NCBI GenBank assembly: GCA_003599145.1
Contig: QZIT01000005.1
Location: forward strand, 127,961 to 191,960
DNA: 64,000 nucleotides
Source: Candidatus Woesearchaeota archaeon
GTDB lineage: Archaea; Nanobdellota; Nanobdellia; Woesearchaeales; UBA9642
Direction of reading: 5' to 3'
Each line of letters begins with the position of its first letter. The first letter of the stretch is position 1. Shown one piece after another: positions 30,377-38,670 of the stretch. Under the pieces are notes generated by a model that did not search any database, was not told where the DNA came from, and saw only the letters and a list, made by a program, of their open reading frames with translations. Position numbers and translations under genes: made by a program.

Positions 30377-30612
30377 GCTTCATCTTCCTTTTTTGTATTC
30401 CAATCCTTAGCAAGTACTTTTTCGCTTGCAAGTGCAGTTTCCAATGATTCACTTATCTGTTTCATGGGCCTAAGTTCAATGTGGTCATGAAAAACCAAAA
30501 TGCTTACTTTTGAACCGTTTTTGAATCCCTGAGGCCTAAAGGAAGAGGGTATGCAAATTTGACCTTTTTCTGTCAGCGTTGCAGTCTTTATTTCCAGAAG
30601 TTCTTTTTTCAT
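30361..30612 (-). CDS. AbrB/MazE-type antitoxin
   Basis: KGQICIPSSFR swapped-hairpin (SpoVT/AbrB) motif; 16-nt overlap with the downstream toxin gene. Confidence 0.65.
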   Translation of the reverse strand: MKKELLEIKTATLTEKGQICIPSSFRPQGFKNGSKVSILVFHDHIELRPMKQISESLETALASEKVLAKDWNTKKEDEAWKDL

Positions 30613-30647
30613 CTTACTTATAAGAATAGTAAGAAATATATAAACTT

Positions 30648-31115
30648 TTGCATTATAATGCTTATAGCGAGCACATATTTTTTAAAGCCGAAAGAGATTT
30701 TGAAACAATGCAAGGCCAATTTACTTTTGAAAACAACGACCCTGATTTAGAAAGAATAATCAAAGCGCTTCCTATCAAAGCACACTTGAATGCAGATGAT
30801 GTTGAAGCAGACATTAAAGCAACAGTTATGCAATACCGTATAGAGCAAGATTCCAATGATCCAACAGAATACGCAATCATTCCTGTCAGAACAGCCAATG
30901 TTCCTGGAATTATCAGATACAGCTATATGCCTGCGTTAGATGCACAGAACGAGTTTCAGTATGTTGAATCATCGCCTGGGGAAGTGTACGTTTCATTTCG
31001 CGGCATGAAATTCGTATTAATTTATAATATCTATGTTGACATTGACTCCCTGACAGATAATTCTAGATCAGACTTTGATACTGATGACTCTGATTTAGGC
31101 GATGACGACATATAA
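30648..31115 (+). CDS. hypothetical protein with poly-Asp C-terminus
   Basis: 155 aa (possible start at MQGQFTF); ends DFDTDDSDLGDDDI. Confidence 0.4.
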   Translation: MHYNAYSEHIFFKAERDFETMQGQFTFENNDPDLERIIKALPIKAHLNADDVEADIKATVMQYRIEQDSNDPTEYAIIPVRTANVPGIIRYSYMPALDAQNEFQYVESSPGEVYVSFRGMKFVLIYNIYVDIDSLTDNSRSDFDTDDSDLGDDDI

Positions 31116-31194
31116 GCACAATCAACCATAAACTATATAAATAAGCCATATTTCTCTTAAAAATAATAATAAAAGACAAAAACACTGATGAAAA

Positions 31195-31602
31195 ATGATT
31201 GGAAAGACAAAATCAAGCGAATTGATTCAAAAAGCGGCAATTGAACTTAAAAAAACAATAAAAAAGCCAGAATGGGCTTCTTTTGTAAAAACAGGGACAT
31301 CTAGAGAGAGACCTCCTGTCGATGAAGACTGGTGGTATATGAGAGCAGCATCCATCTTAAGAAGAATTTACATTAAAGGACCAATAGGCGTTTCAAAATT
31401 AAAAACACTCTACGGCGGTAAAAAAAACAGAGGCTATAAGCCTGAAAAGTTTTTCACAGGCTCAGGAAAAATCATCAGAGTCATATTGCAGCAATTGGAA
31501 AAAGCAGAACTCATCAAGCAGGGAAGCAAGGGCGTTCATAAAGGAAGAATGGTTACTCCAAAAGGAAAAAAATTTTTGGATGCCTTAGTCAAAAATGGAT
31601 GA
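31195..31602 (+). CDS. rps19e: 30S ribosomal protein S19e
   Basis: PEWASFVKTGTSRERPPVDEDWWYMRAASILRRIY matches S19e. Confidence 0.9.
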   Translation: MIGKTKSSELIQKAAIELKKTIKKPEWASFVKTGTSRERPPVDEDWWYMRAASILRRIYIKGPIGVSKLKTLYGGKKNRGYKPEKFFTGSGKIIRVILQQLEKAELIKQGSKGVHKGRMVTPKGKKFLDALVKNG

Positions 31603-31912
31603 GCTTGAACAGTTAAGAAAAAAAAAGCTTGAGCAGCTTCAGAATCAACTGCAACAACAGCACATGCAGGAACAGGCAGTTTATGACGAAATAGAAAAAA
31701 TCGAGACTGCCGTTAAACAGCGATTAACCAAAGAAGCACTGGCACGATATGCAAACATCAAGCTTGCACATCCAGAACTTGCGATGCAGGTGCTGGGCAT
31801 TTTAGTTCAATTGATGGAAAGAACAAAGGAAAAAATAGATGACCAGCAGTTAAAAAGAATGCTGGAGTTATTGCACAAACAAAGAAAAGACATCACGGTT
31901 AAACGAAAATGA
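31595..31912 (+). CDS. PDCD5/TFAR19-like DNA-binding protein
   Basis: Conserved archaeal S19e-PDCD5-L39e-L31e synteny; coiled N-terminus and LAHPELAMQV motif. Confidence 0.7.
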   Translation: MDELEQLRKKKLEQLQNQLQQQHMQEQAVYDEIEKIETAVKQRLTKEALARYANIKLAHPELAMQVLGILVQLMERTKEKIDDQQLKRMLELLHKQRKDITVKRK

Positions 31913-32082
31913 GCAAATACAAACACTTAAGCAAAAAATTGCGATTAATCCATAAACGAAAGCAAACCAGATGGGCTCCCTTCTGGACAGTTTTGAAAAT
32001 TTATGGAAAGAATAGAAAAATCCATCCAGGAAGACATACGGTCATTAAACGATCTTGGAGAAGAACAAAATTAAAGGTGTAA
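31909..32082 (+). CDS. rpl39e: 50S ribosomal protein L39e (57 aa; below ORF-track size cut-off)
   Basis: Own translation MSKYKHLSKKLRLIHKRKQTRWAPFWTVLKIYGKNRKIHPGRHTVIKRSWRRTKLKV; ATGA overlap with the preceding gene; expected position in the cluster. Confidence 0.75.
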   Translation: MSKYKHLSKKLRLIHKRKQTRWAPFWTVLKIYGKNRKIHPGRHTVIKRSWRRTKLKV

Positions 32083-32084
32083 AC

Positions 32085-32504
32085 ATGTTAGAAAGAAGCT
32101 ATACTGTTCCATTAAGACGAGGATTTGTCAAAGTTCCAAAATACAAAAGAGCGCAAAAGGCAATGGCAACGCTCAGGGAATTTATGGCAAAGCATATGAA
32201 AAGCGATGACATCAAGATAGGCCCTGAATTAAACAAAAAAGTTTGGGATAATGGCATGCGCAATCCTCCTCATCATGTTAAAGTAACTGCAAAAAAGGAC
32301 GACGAAGGCATTGTCAGAGTAGAGCTTGCAGGCTTTGAGTATGTAGAGAAGAAAAAAGAAAAGAAAGAGAAAAAAGACGACTCTCCTATGATGGAAAAAA
32401 TCAAGAAGATGACTGGTGTTGGAAAAGAAAATAAAAAAGAAGACATCAAGGAAGAAAAAGCCAAAAAAGAAAAAGAAGTCGAAGAAGAGTTAAAGGGAGA
32501 GTAA
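32085..32504 (+). CDS. rpl31e: 50S ribosomal protein L31e with K/E-rich C-terminal extension
   Basis: MLERSYTVPLRRGF...NKKVWDNGMRNPPHHVKV matches L31e; start re-set to the ATG right after the L39e stop. Confidence 0.85.
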   Translation: MLERSYTVPLRRGFVKVPKYKRAQKAMATLREFMAKHMKSDDIKIGPELNKKVWDNGMRNPPHHVKVTAKKDDEGIVRVELAGFEYVEKKKEKKEKKDDSPMMEKIKKMTGVGKENKKEDIKEEKAKKEKEVEEELKGE

Positions 32505-33509
32505 TTATTCAGGATATTTGACGTCATATAAATAAGAAGAAATTTTTTCTAATTTTTGTTTATCCATTCCTAAGGCAAGCAATGCATCAGGAGATGTGCG
32601 AATGCCCTTTTTTAACAAATCACCAAAAGTTCTAAAAGCATAGTCTAATGTTCTCGTTCTGATAAGCTCAGAAGCAACAACAAAGCCATCGATATGAGGC
32701 GTATCTCCCTCTTCAAGAAACTGCCTGAATTTTAGTTCGGCAGTAATAGCAAGAGTATCGTTTCTCTGGGCATATCTTGCAAAATAATAGGATTTTGCAC
32801 TATCAACACCCTGTGTTGCCATATAGTAAACCATCGTTGCAACTTCATGAATGAGCAGTTTACGCATTTCTAAAAGAGATTTCTCTATTTTTTTGCTATA
32901 AGGCTTTTTTTCCTCAAGAAATAATGTTCTCAAGTCAAATGGCACATGGTGAAAGAGTGCAAAAAGGTCAAGGGTTTCCTGCAAGCCAGAGTGAACTCTT
33001 TGTTGTCCGTAAACTTTATGAGCAACCACATGAGCAGTTTCACTTGCCAGCCCTCTGATTTCTGCATAGTCTCCATAGCAGTTTGCTACTTGATCAAGAT
33101 CTATCAGCCCGTGCCTCACGTAAGAAAGGTACGCTAAAGACTCTTCTGTCAGAGTCGTTAGAGGAACATACATGTGGCTTTCTGTCGTGCTTTCGGATGC
33201 GAATTCTGTTATGTCATCCATAGCTATGAGTGTTGCAATATTGCGCTCAACGATAGCTTTTAAAGATTCATCAGTGATTTTTGCAGCAGCGTGAGACTCC
33301 CTGTCTAAAAATGCCTTTTTTTCCTCCGGAGTTATCATCACTTCATCAGGAGTGATAGAGACTTTCGCATCTATTCCTAATCTATCAAGAAAGCTTGCAG
33401 CAAAATCAGTAGCACGAACAGCGACATCTGCTTTTGTCAGGGTATCCGCCAAGGATGCAGGAATAATCATAGCAAGGAGAACAAAATGAACATTTATAAG
33501 TTTAATCAT
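32505..33509 (-). CDS. hypothetical secreted protein
   Basis: Signal peptide MIKLINVHFVLLAMIIPASLA; no clear catalytic motif. Confidence 0.5.
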   Translation of the reverse strand: MIKLINVHFVLLAMIIPASLADTLTKADVAVRATDFAASFLDRLGIDAKVSITPDEVMITPEEKKAFLDRESHAAAKITDESLKAIVERNIATLIAMDDITEFASESTTESHMYVPLTTLTEESLAYLSYVRHGLIDLDQVANCYGDYAEIRGLASETAHVVAHKVYGQQRVHSGLQETLDLFALFHHVPFDLRTLFLEEKKPYSKKIEKSLLEMRKLLIHEVATMVYYMATQGVDSAKSYYFARYAQRNDTLAITAELKFRQFLEEGDTPHIDGFVVASELIRTRTLDYAFRTFGDLLKKGIRTSPDALLALGMDKQKLEKISSYLYDVKYPE

Positions 33510-33545
33510 AAAACTTAATAAACAACCGACGTTTCTTTAGATTGC

Positions 33546-33629
33546 GCCGTGGTCGCATAACCTGGTATTGCGCGAGTTTCGAAAACTCGTTTCCGCAAGG
33601 AGTTCTCGGTTCAAATCCGAGCCACGGCG
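33546..33629 (+). tRNA. tRNA-Ser (anticodon CGA), class II with long variable arm
   Basis: Hand-folded: acceptor GCCGTGG/CCACGGC, D-stem GCA/TGC with GG in the loop, anticodon stem CGAGT/ACTCG, loop TTCGAAA, variable arm about 15 nt, T-stem CTCGG/CCGAG, T-loop TTCAAAT, discriminator G, CCA not encoded. Confidence 0.85.
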
Positions 33630-33687
33630 TTTTTTTCAATTACATCGCATCTTCTTCAAGGAAAAGAAAAAAAAAATTTAATATTGA

Positions 33688-34236
33688 TCAGTGTCTTTCC
33701 CATATAAATTTCTGTATTTGTTCTTCTAGTTTAAGAGCTGAATCTGCTTTTGCTTGTAATGCAACTGGAATCGGAGAATACACGGGCATTTCTTCTCTCA
33801 TTCTTGGCCAAGATATTTCGTCTGCATATCCATCGTTATTAGTATCTTTGACAGAACACAGCCAATAGAATTCTTGATGGGCGCCTGCATATGCTGAAAA
33901 CTCGTTTTTGAGTTCCCGAACTTGGCAAGCTGCAGCAAATGCACTATCTCCTTCTAGTGATCCTTTTGCTCGTGGATCATAAATGATATGACGAGGAGCA
34001 TCCAATCGATCTCGCGTTCCATCTCCGTCAGAGTCCACAACGTACCATGACACTCTGTATCTGGTGTTGATAGTTTCTACCGGAATGTAATCCTCACGTT
34101 GTTTAGGCTCTCTTAATACTGAAAGGCCAATAGCGCCTAAAGTTAGTGCATATATCGCCAATCCTGTCAATGCTACTTTGCGTTTTTTGACTTCATCACT
34201 CCCTATTTCCTTTTTTTGTGTTTCCATCGGCATCAC
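33688..34236 (-). CDS. membrane-anchored protein with Asp-rich calcium-binding-like repeats
   Basis: TM helix LAIYALTLGAIGLSVL; DSDGDGTRD and DTNNDGYAD motifs. Confidence 0.5.
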   Translation of the reverse strand: MMPMETQKKEIGSDEVKKRKVALTGLAIYALTLGAIGLSVLREPKQREDYIPVETINTRYRVSWYVVDSDGDGTRDRLDAPRHIIYDPRAKGSLEGDSAFAAACQVRELKNEFSAYAGAHQEFYWLCSVKDTNNDGYADEISWPRMREEMPVYSPIPVALQAKADSALKLEEQIQKFIWERH

Positions 34237-34333
34237 CTAACTACTTATTAGTTGCTACACTTTATTAATTTTTGTTGCTACCTACTATGACAGCAAACAT
34301 AAGATTTTTAAACAAGCTTGCCATAATAGGAAT

Positions 34334-35074
34334 ATGGAGTTACAAGATCTTCAGAATATAGGGTTTGCAAAAAATGAAGCATTAGTTTATTTAACCCTTC
34401 TCCAAACAGGCAGTGTTCCAGCTGCAGTGCTTGTTAAGCGCTTAGGAATCCATAGAAACATTATTTATGATAATCTTGAAAAGCTCATAGAAAAAGGACT
34501 TGCATCATTTATAGTTGAGGGAACCCGGCGCATATTTACAGCAACTACTCCTGATAATATTCTTGAGTACTTAGAGCAAAAAAAAGATGCACTCAACAAA
34601 GAAATCCTTCTTGCAAATAAAATAATACCTCAAATAAAACTATTACGAGAAGGAAATAGAGAGCAAGAAGCACAGATATTTAGAGGCATCAAGGGTATAA
34701 AAAAAGTCCTCGCTGAAGTCCTTAAAGCTAAAGAAAACTGGGTATTAGGCATGACAAATCGATCAACAGAACTTTTGGGGGAAACTTACTGGAAAAATTA
34801 CAATGTTAAAGTTGAAGCTAACAAAATTAAAGAAAGATTTCTGATAAATCATGACTTCAAAGATGTTTATAATTTTAAGCATATGAGAAATGTAACCGCA
34901 AGAATTCTTCCTCAAGAACTTAATCAAATTACAGAAATCATACTTTTCAATGGTTACGTTGCCATTTTCATTTATTCACAACAGCCCATCGTATTTCTTA
35001 TCAAAGATACCAACCTCTTTGAAACATATCAAGGACAATTTGAATTTCTTTGGAGACTTTCAAAACCTAAATAA
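34334..35074 (+). CDS. TrmB-family transcriptional regulator
   Basis: N-terminal wHTH LTLLQTGSVPAAVLVKRLGIHRNIIYDNLEKLIEKGL, about 246 aa with C-terminal effector-domain length. Confidence 0.7.
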   Translation: MELQDLQNIGFAKNEALVYLTLLQTGSVPAAVLVKRLGIHRNIIYDNLEKLIEKGLASFIVEGTRRIFTATTPDNILEYLEQKKDALNKEILLANKIIPQIKLLREGNREQEAQIFRGIKGIKKVLAEVLKAKENWVLGMTNRSTELLGETYWKNYNVKVEANKIKERFLINHDFKDVYNFKHMRNVTARILPQELNQITEIILFNGYVAIFIYSQQPIVFLIKDTNLFETYQGQFEFLWRLSKPK

Positions 35075-35163
35075 ATAACACAGTTGCATGTGCTCCTCTT
35101 GTAACTGAGCCACGGCGTATTCTAAATACGCATCTTTATATTACAGACCGTTCTCTCAACAGT

Positions 35164-35922
35164 ATGGCAAGTTATTGGAAAATTATTCATGAAGTTTTGC
35201 GTAAAGCAGACATTCTGCTTATGGTGCTAGATGCACGCATGGTTTCAGAGACCAGAAACCTAGAGATTGAAGAAAAAGTACAGCAAACAGGCAAGCCTTA
35301 TCTGTATGTAATCAACAAAGCAGATCTTATAGACATTCAGACAGCGAAGGCATACAAGCAAAGCATTCCTCATGCTGTTTTCATTTCTTCTAAAAATCAT
35401 CAGGGAGTATCTAAATTGCGAGAAAAAATTCAGGTGTATGCTGCACGTGCAAATCTTCATGAGCAGATTAAAGTCGGTGTTCTCGGATACCCTAATGTTG
35501 GAAAATCATCCATCATCAATGCCCTTTCAGGCAAACATGGCGCTTCTGTAAGCGCCTTAAGCGGGCATACCAGAAGCCTGAAAAAAATTCGCGCGACATC
35601 CAAAATAATGCTCTTAGATACTCCCGGAGTCATTCCCTACAAAGAAAACGATGAGATAAAACACGCAATGATCGGCAGCACAGACTACAGCAAAGAAAAA
35701 GAACCTGATGTTATTGTTATGTTTCTCATGGAAGAATTTCCCCGCATCATAGAAAAATATTATGGCGTGCCCTATCTGGATGATAAAAGCGACACCTTGG
35801 ATGCTATAGCAGCAAAAAGAAATATGAAAAGCAAGGGAGGGCTTGCAGACATTCAGCGTACAGCGACAATGATTTTGAAAGACTGGCAGACAGGAAAGAT
35901 AAAAGGCATTTCACATCGCTGA
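35164..35922 (+). CDS. circularly permuted GTPase (YlqF/RbgA/HSR1-like ribosome-biogenesis GTPase)
   Basis: G4 NKADL precedes G1 GYPNVGKSS and G3 DTPG, the permuted motif order. Confidence 0.8.
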   Translation: MASYWKIIHEVLRKADILLMVLDARMVSETRNLEIEEKVQQTGKPYLYVINKADLIDIQTAKAYKQSIPHAVFISSKNHQGVSKLREKIQVYAARANLHEQIKVGVLGYPNVGKSSIINALSGKHGASVSALSGHTRSLKKIRATSKIMLLDTPGVIPYKENDEIKHAMIGSTDYSKEKEPDVIVMFLMEEFPRIIEKYYGVPYLDDKSDTLDAIAAKRNMKSKGGLADIQRTATMILKDWQTGKIKGISHR

Positions 35923-35940
35923 TTTGAGAAAAAGTAAATG

Positions 35941-36231
35941 CTATCGTTCTTCTTCATAATTCAATCCAAACGAATCAACAAATTCCAGAATGAACTTATA
36001 TTTGCTTAAGTAATCAAATCCCTTTTGCGTCAAAGAATACGTCTTTCCTTTTTTTTCCTGATGCTCAACAATAAATTCTTTGGTAATCAAATCAGTAAGG
36101 TATTCGTTGAACATCTGACTCGAAAGATTTGCCTTATACAGAATATGCGTGGGCTTAATTCTGCCATTTTTTTCTTGAATAACTCGCAAGATATCATAGA
36201 TGACTTGTAGTCTTTCTCTTTTCAGATTCAT
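35941..36231 (-). CDS. winged-helix DNA-binding protein
   Basis: 96 aa, wHTH-like; start overlaps the upstream membrane-protein gene (operon). Confidence 0.5.
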   Translation of the reverse strand: MNLKRERLQVIYDILRVIQEKNGRIKPTHILYKANLSSQMFNEYLTDLITKEFIVEHQEKKGKTYSLTQKGFDYLSKYKFILEFVDSFGLNYEEER

Positions 36232-36904
36232 GGTTGACGCCTTTCTTCATGGCAATGAGTAGATTAAAAAGTATCAGCAAATACGCTATTAACTCGAGAA
36301 AATGCCCCAGCACATAAAACAAGGCGTTGTTAATAGAAAAAATAAAATGCACCCTTCCTAAAAAAAGAAAAAAGAACGCAACGAAAATAATCGTGTTGCT
36401 TGTGTGCCTGTTCACTCTGAAGCATTTGAAATAATACCAGACAATGAAAATAAGGATGAGCGAAGAAAAAATATAAAACAGGAAAAGCTTGTTTAAAATA
36501 AAGACCAGCGCAATCAAAAGAGGCAGCAACAGCAACCAGTAGATTCTTGTTTGGTAAACATTAAGGGTCATATATAAAATAGCGGTAAGGCCTGCTAAAA
36601 ACAGAACAATGTACAGGTAAACTCCTACATTATTGAGAATGATGAGCTTTTGAAGGGATTCCCAAAAAATAACAGGCGCCTTGACAACCGTAACCAGTGT
36701 TGCTATATTAGTAATAAACAACACAACATACGCTAAAGCCATGAGCAAAAAGCTTGTAGCCAAGAGTTTAATTCTTCTCTCAGAAGTCAATCTATACAGC
36801 TTAAACGCGATAATGCTCACGGCGATGGTGATAACTGCAAAAATAATCTCTAATGCAATATCAAATCCCTGAAACCACAATGGTTTAATAAAGAGCATGG
36901 CCAT
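36194..36904 (-). CDS. polytopic membrane protein (about 7 TM)
   Basis: Highly hydrophobic 236 aa. Confidence 0.55.
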   Translation of the reverse strand: MAMLFIKPLWFQGFDIALEIIFAVITIAVSIIAFKLYRLTSERRIKLLATSFLLMALAYVVLFITNIATLVTVVKAPVIFWESLQKLIILNNVGVYLYIVLFLAGLTAILYMTLNVYQTRIYWLLLLPLLIALVFILNKLFLFYIFSSLILIFIVWYYFKCFRVNRHTSNTIIFVAFFFLFLGRVHFIFSINNALFYVLGHFLELIAYLLILFNLLIAMKKGVNHESEKRKTTSHL

Positions 36905-37125
36905 GCTGCCGTAAAGAAACTGCTCTTTTTAAAACTTACGCATGTGGCATCAGATTGTATCTCTTAAGTTGCCTTTAACAAGGCATATAGGCAAACTGCT
37001 CTTTTCATTTCTTGAGGTGATCGCATGACCGATATTGAAAAAGATGCTGAAGAAGCATTGCTTTGGAAAGAGTTACGAGTGCACCATTGGGAAACTCATG
37101 GCAAAATATTGACGCTGAAAGAGCT

Positions 37126-37437
37126 TTAGCGCCGTTTTGTGAAATCATCCTGCATATCGCAGAACATAGCAACAAACTTTTTCGTTGCAACAACGAGCTC
37201 TTTTTTTCCTTTTTGGGTCAGCGCATATTTTTTTTCCTTTCCGCCGTCAGAAATCTCTCTGATGAACTCAGATTCATGTAACCCCTTGAGGACAGGATAG
37301 ACAGTGCCGGGACTTGGCTTGGTGCCTTTGCGCCTTTCAATTTCCTGCCTGATATCCTCTCCAGACATGGGCTTTTTGCTAATGAGGCGTAAAACAAGAA
37401 ACGTAAGATAGCCTCTCATGTCGCAGCAGGTTTTCAT
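37126..37437 (-). CDS. PadR-family transcriptional regulator
   Basis: GYLTFLVLRLISKKPMSGEDIRQEIERRKGTKPSPGTVYPVLKGLHESEFI is the canonical PadR wHTH. Confidence 0.85.
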   Translation of the reverse strand: MKTCCDMRGYLTFLVLRLISKKPMSGEDIRQEIERRKGTKPSPGTVYPVLKGLHESEFIREISDGGKEKKYALTQKGKKELVVATKKFVAMFCDMQDDFTKRR

Positions 37438-37485
37438 AGTGCTTCAAAGCAGAGCATCTATTTATAGTTTGTCATTATCGCATAA

Positions 37486-37553
37486 CCGATACTATATATC
37501 GGAAAACCGATAAGCTTATATACTTGCACAGGTTTACTATCGGATACCCGATA
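37486..37553. promoter_or_regulatory. putative PadR operator: two inverted repeats with CCGATA half-sites (37486-37502 CCGATA-N5-TATCGG; 37538-37553 TATCGG-N4-CCGATA) plus a lone half-site at 37507-37512
   Basis: Seen directly in the divergent intergenic region between PadR and a small Cys-rich ORF. Confidence 0.5.
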
Positions 37554-37570
37554 CGGGTGGAGGTGCAAGC

Positions 37571-37717
37571 ATGCACGATTGTTGCGGAGGAAGCTGCAGC
37601 CCAAGAAGCTTTCTGACCAAAGAAGAAAAAATTGAAATGCTCAAGGAGTATAAAAAAAGCCTTGAACAGGAAGCAAAAGGCGTTGCAGAGCGCATTAAGG
37701 ATATGGAGAAAAATTAA
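37571..37717 (+). CDS. small Cys-rich/coiled-coil protein (48 aa; not in ORF track)
   Basis: Own translation MHDCCGGSCSPRSFLTKEEKIEMLKEYKKSLEQEAKGVAERIKDMEKN; divergent from PadR. Confidence 0.4.
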   Translation: MHDCCGGSCSPRSFLTKEEKIEMLKEYKKSLEQEAKGVAERIKDMEKN

Positions 37718-37776
37718 TTTTTTTTCTTTTTTTACTTCAGCCATAGCTTTATAAATCCTAAAAGAATCCTGCAGGC

Positions 37777-38601
37777 ATGAACCTCAATCAGGTTTTCATT
37801 GAAAACATCGTAAAGCCCTATTTTGAACAAGGATTTAATATGCCCTTCGATCAGTCAGTAGTTACCGCCATGCGAAAGGTAGACAGAAAAGACTTTCTGC
37901 CAAAAACGCCAATAGGCATCTACATTATTGATGCGGAGCTTCGCGATGAGGCAATGCGAGAAATAGCGCGCCTTGAGCAATCAGATGACGCTGAAAAAAC
38001 TGAAAAGGTAACAGAACTCTGGAAACAATACACGAAGGATGTCCATGAGCACATTTTCAGACAAACTGCGCCAGCATTAGTAACGGTAAGAGATGTAGCA
38101 TACATGAACAGTCCTATTTCCATTGGGCACGGCCAAACGTGCTCTCAGCCTTCGATGGTCGCTTATATGAGCCATTGCTTGAAGCTGTCAGAAGGAATGC
38201 ATGTTCTTGAAATAGGAACAGGCTGTGGCTATCATGCTGCAATAACAGCAGAATGCATAGGAGCAGCAGGGCATCTGACAAGCATAGAGATTATTCCTGA
38301 GCTTGCCGCGATGGCCAAAAAAAACTTACAGCATCATTTTCATGCATCCTTTGAATCTCGCATAACACTGGTAGAGGGAAACGGCAGGGCAGGCTTTCCT
38401 CAAAACGCTCCTTACGACTGCATCTACTTCACTGCAGGAGCAAACGGCGATGGCTTTATCGGAGGTTTAAGCGCACAATTGAAAGAGCATGGCAAAGTTC
38501 TTCTGCCTCCTGAACAAGGCAATATTGCAATCTATACGAAAACTGATGAAGGATTCTCGTTAGAGCAAGGAACAGACGTGATGTTCGTCCCTCTTCAGTA
38601 A
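37777..38601 (+). CDS. pcm: protein-L-isoaspartate O-methyltransferase (with an insertion)
   Basis: AMRKVDRKDFLP, GHGQTCSQPSMVA, VLEIGTGCGYHAA SAM-binding motif. Confidence 0.8.
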   Translation: MNLNQVFIENIVKPYFEQGFNMPFDQSVVTAMRKVDRKDFLPKTPIGIYIIDAELRDEAMREIARLEQSDDAEKTEKVTELWKQYTKDVHEHIFRQTAPALVTVRDVAYMNSPISIGHGQTCSQPSMVAYMSHCLKLSEGMHVLEIGTGCGYHAAITAECIGAAGHLTSIEIIPELAAMAKKNLQHHFHASFESRITLVEGNGRAGFPQNAPYDCIYFTAGANGDGFIGGLSAQLKEHGKVLLPPEQGNIAIYTKTDEGFSLEQGTDVMFVPLQ

Positions 38602-38670
38602 ACTTTATAAACAAGCCATTATGCCAAATTTCTATAAAAATATATAAACAAAAACGTCTTACCTAAAACC

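Noticed and set aside
33542-33868. 108-aa plus-strand ORF
   Set aside because: It overlaps the well-folded tRNA-Ser and the N-terminus of a convergent gene, and its composition is not protein-like.
37005-37193. 62-aa minus-strand ORF and a 34-aa plus-strand ORF in the 220-nt gap between PadR and the membrane-protein gene
   Set aside because: The minus ORF starts inside PadR in another frame. The small plus ORF has no features or support, so the gap is probably untranslated or regulatory.
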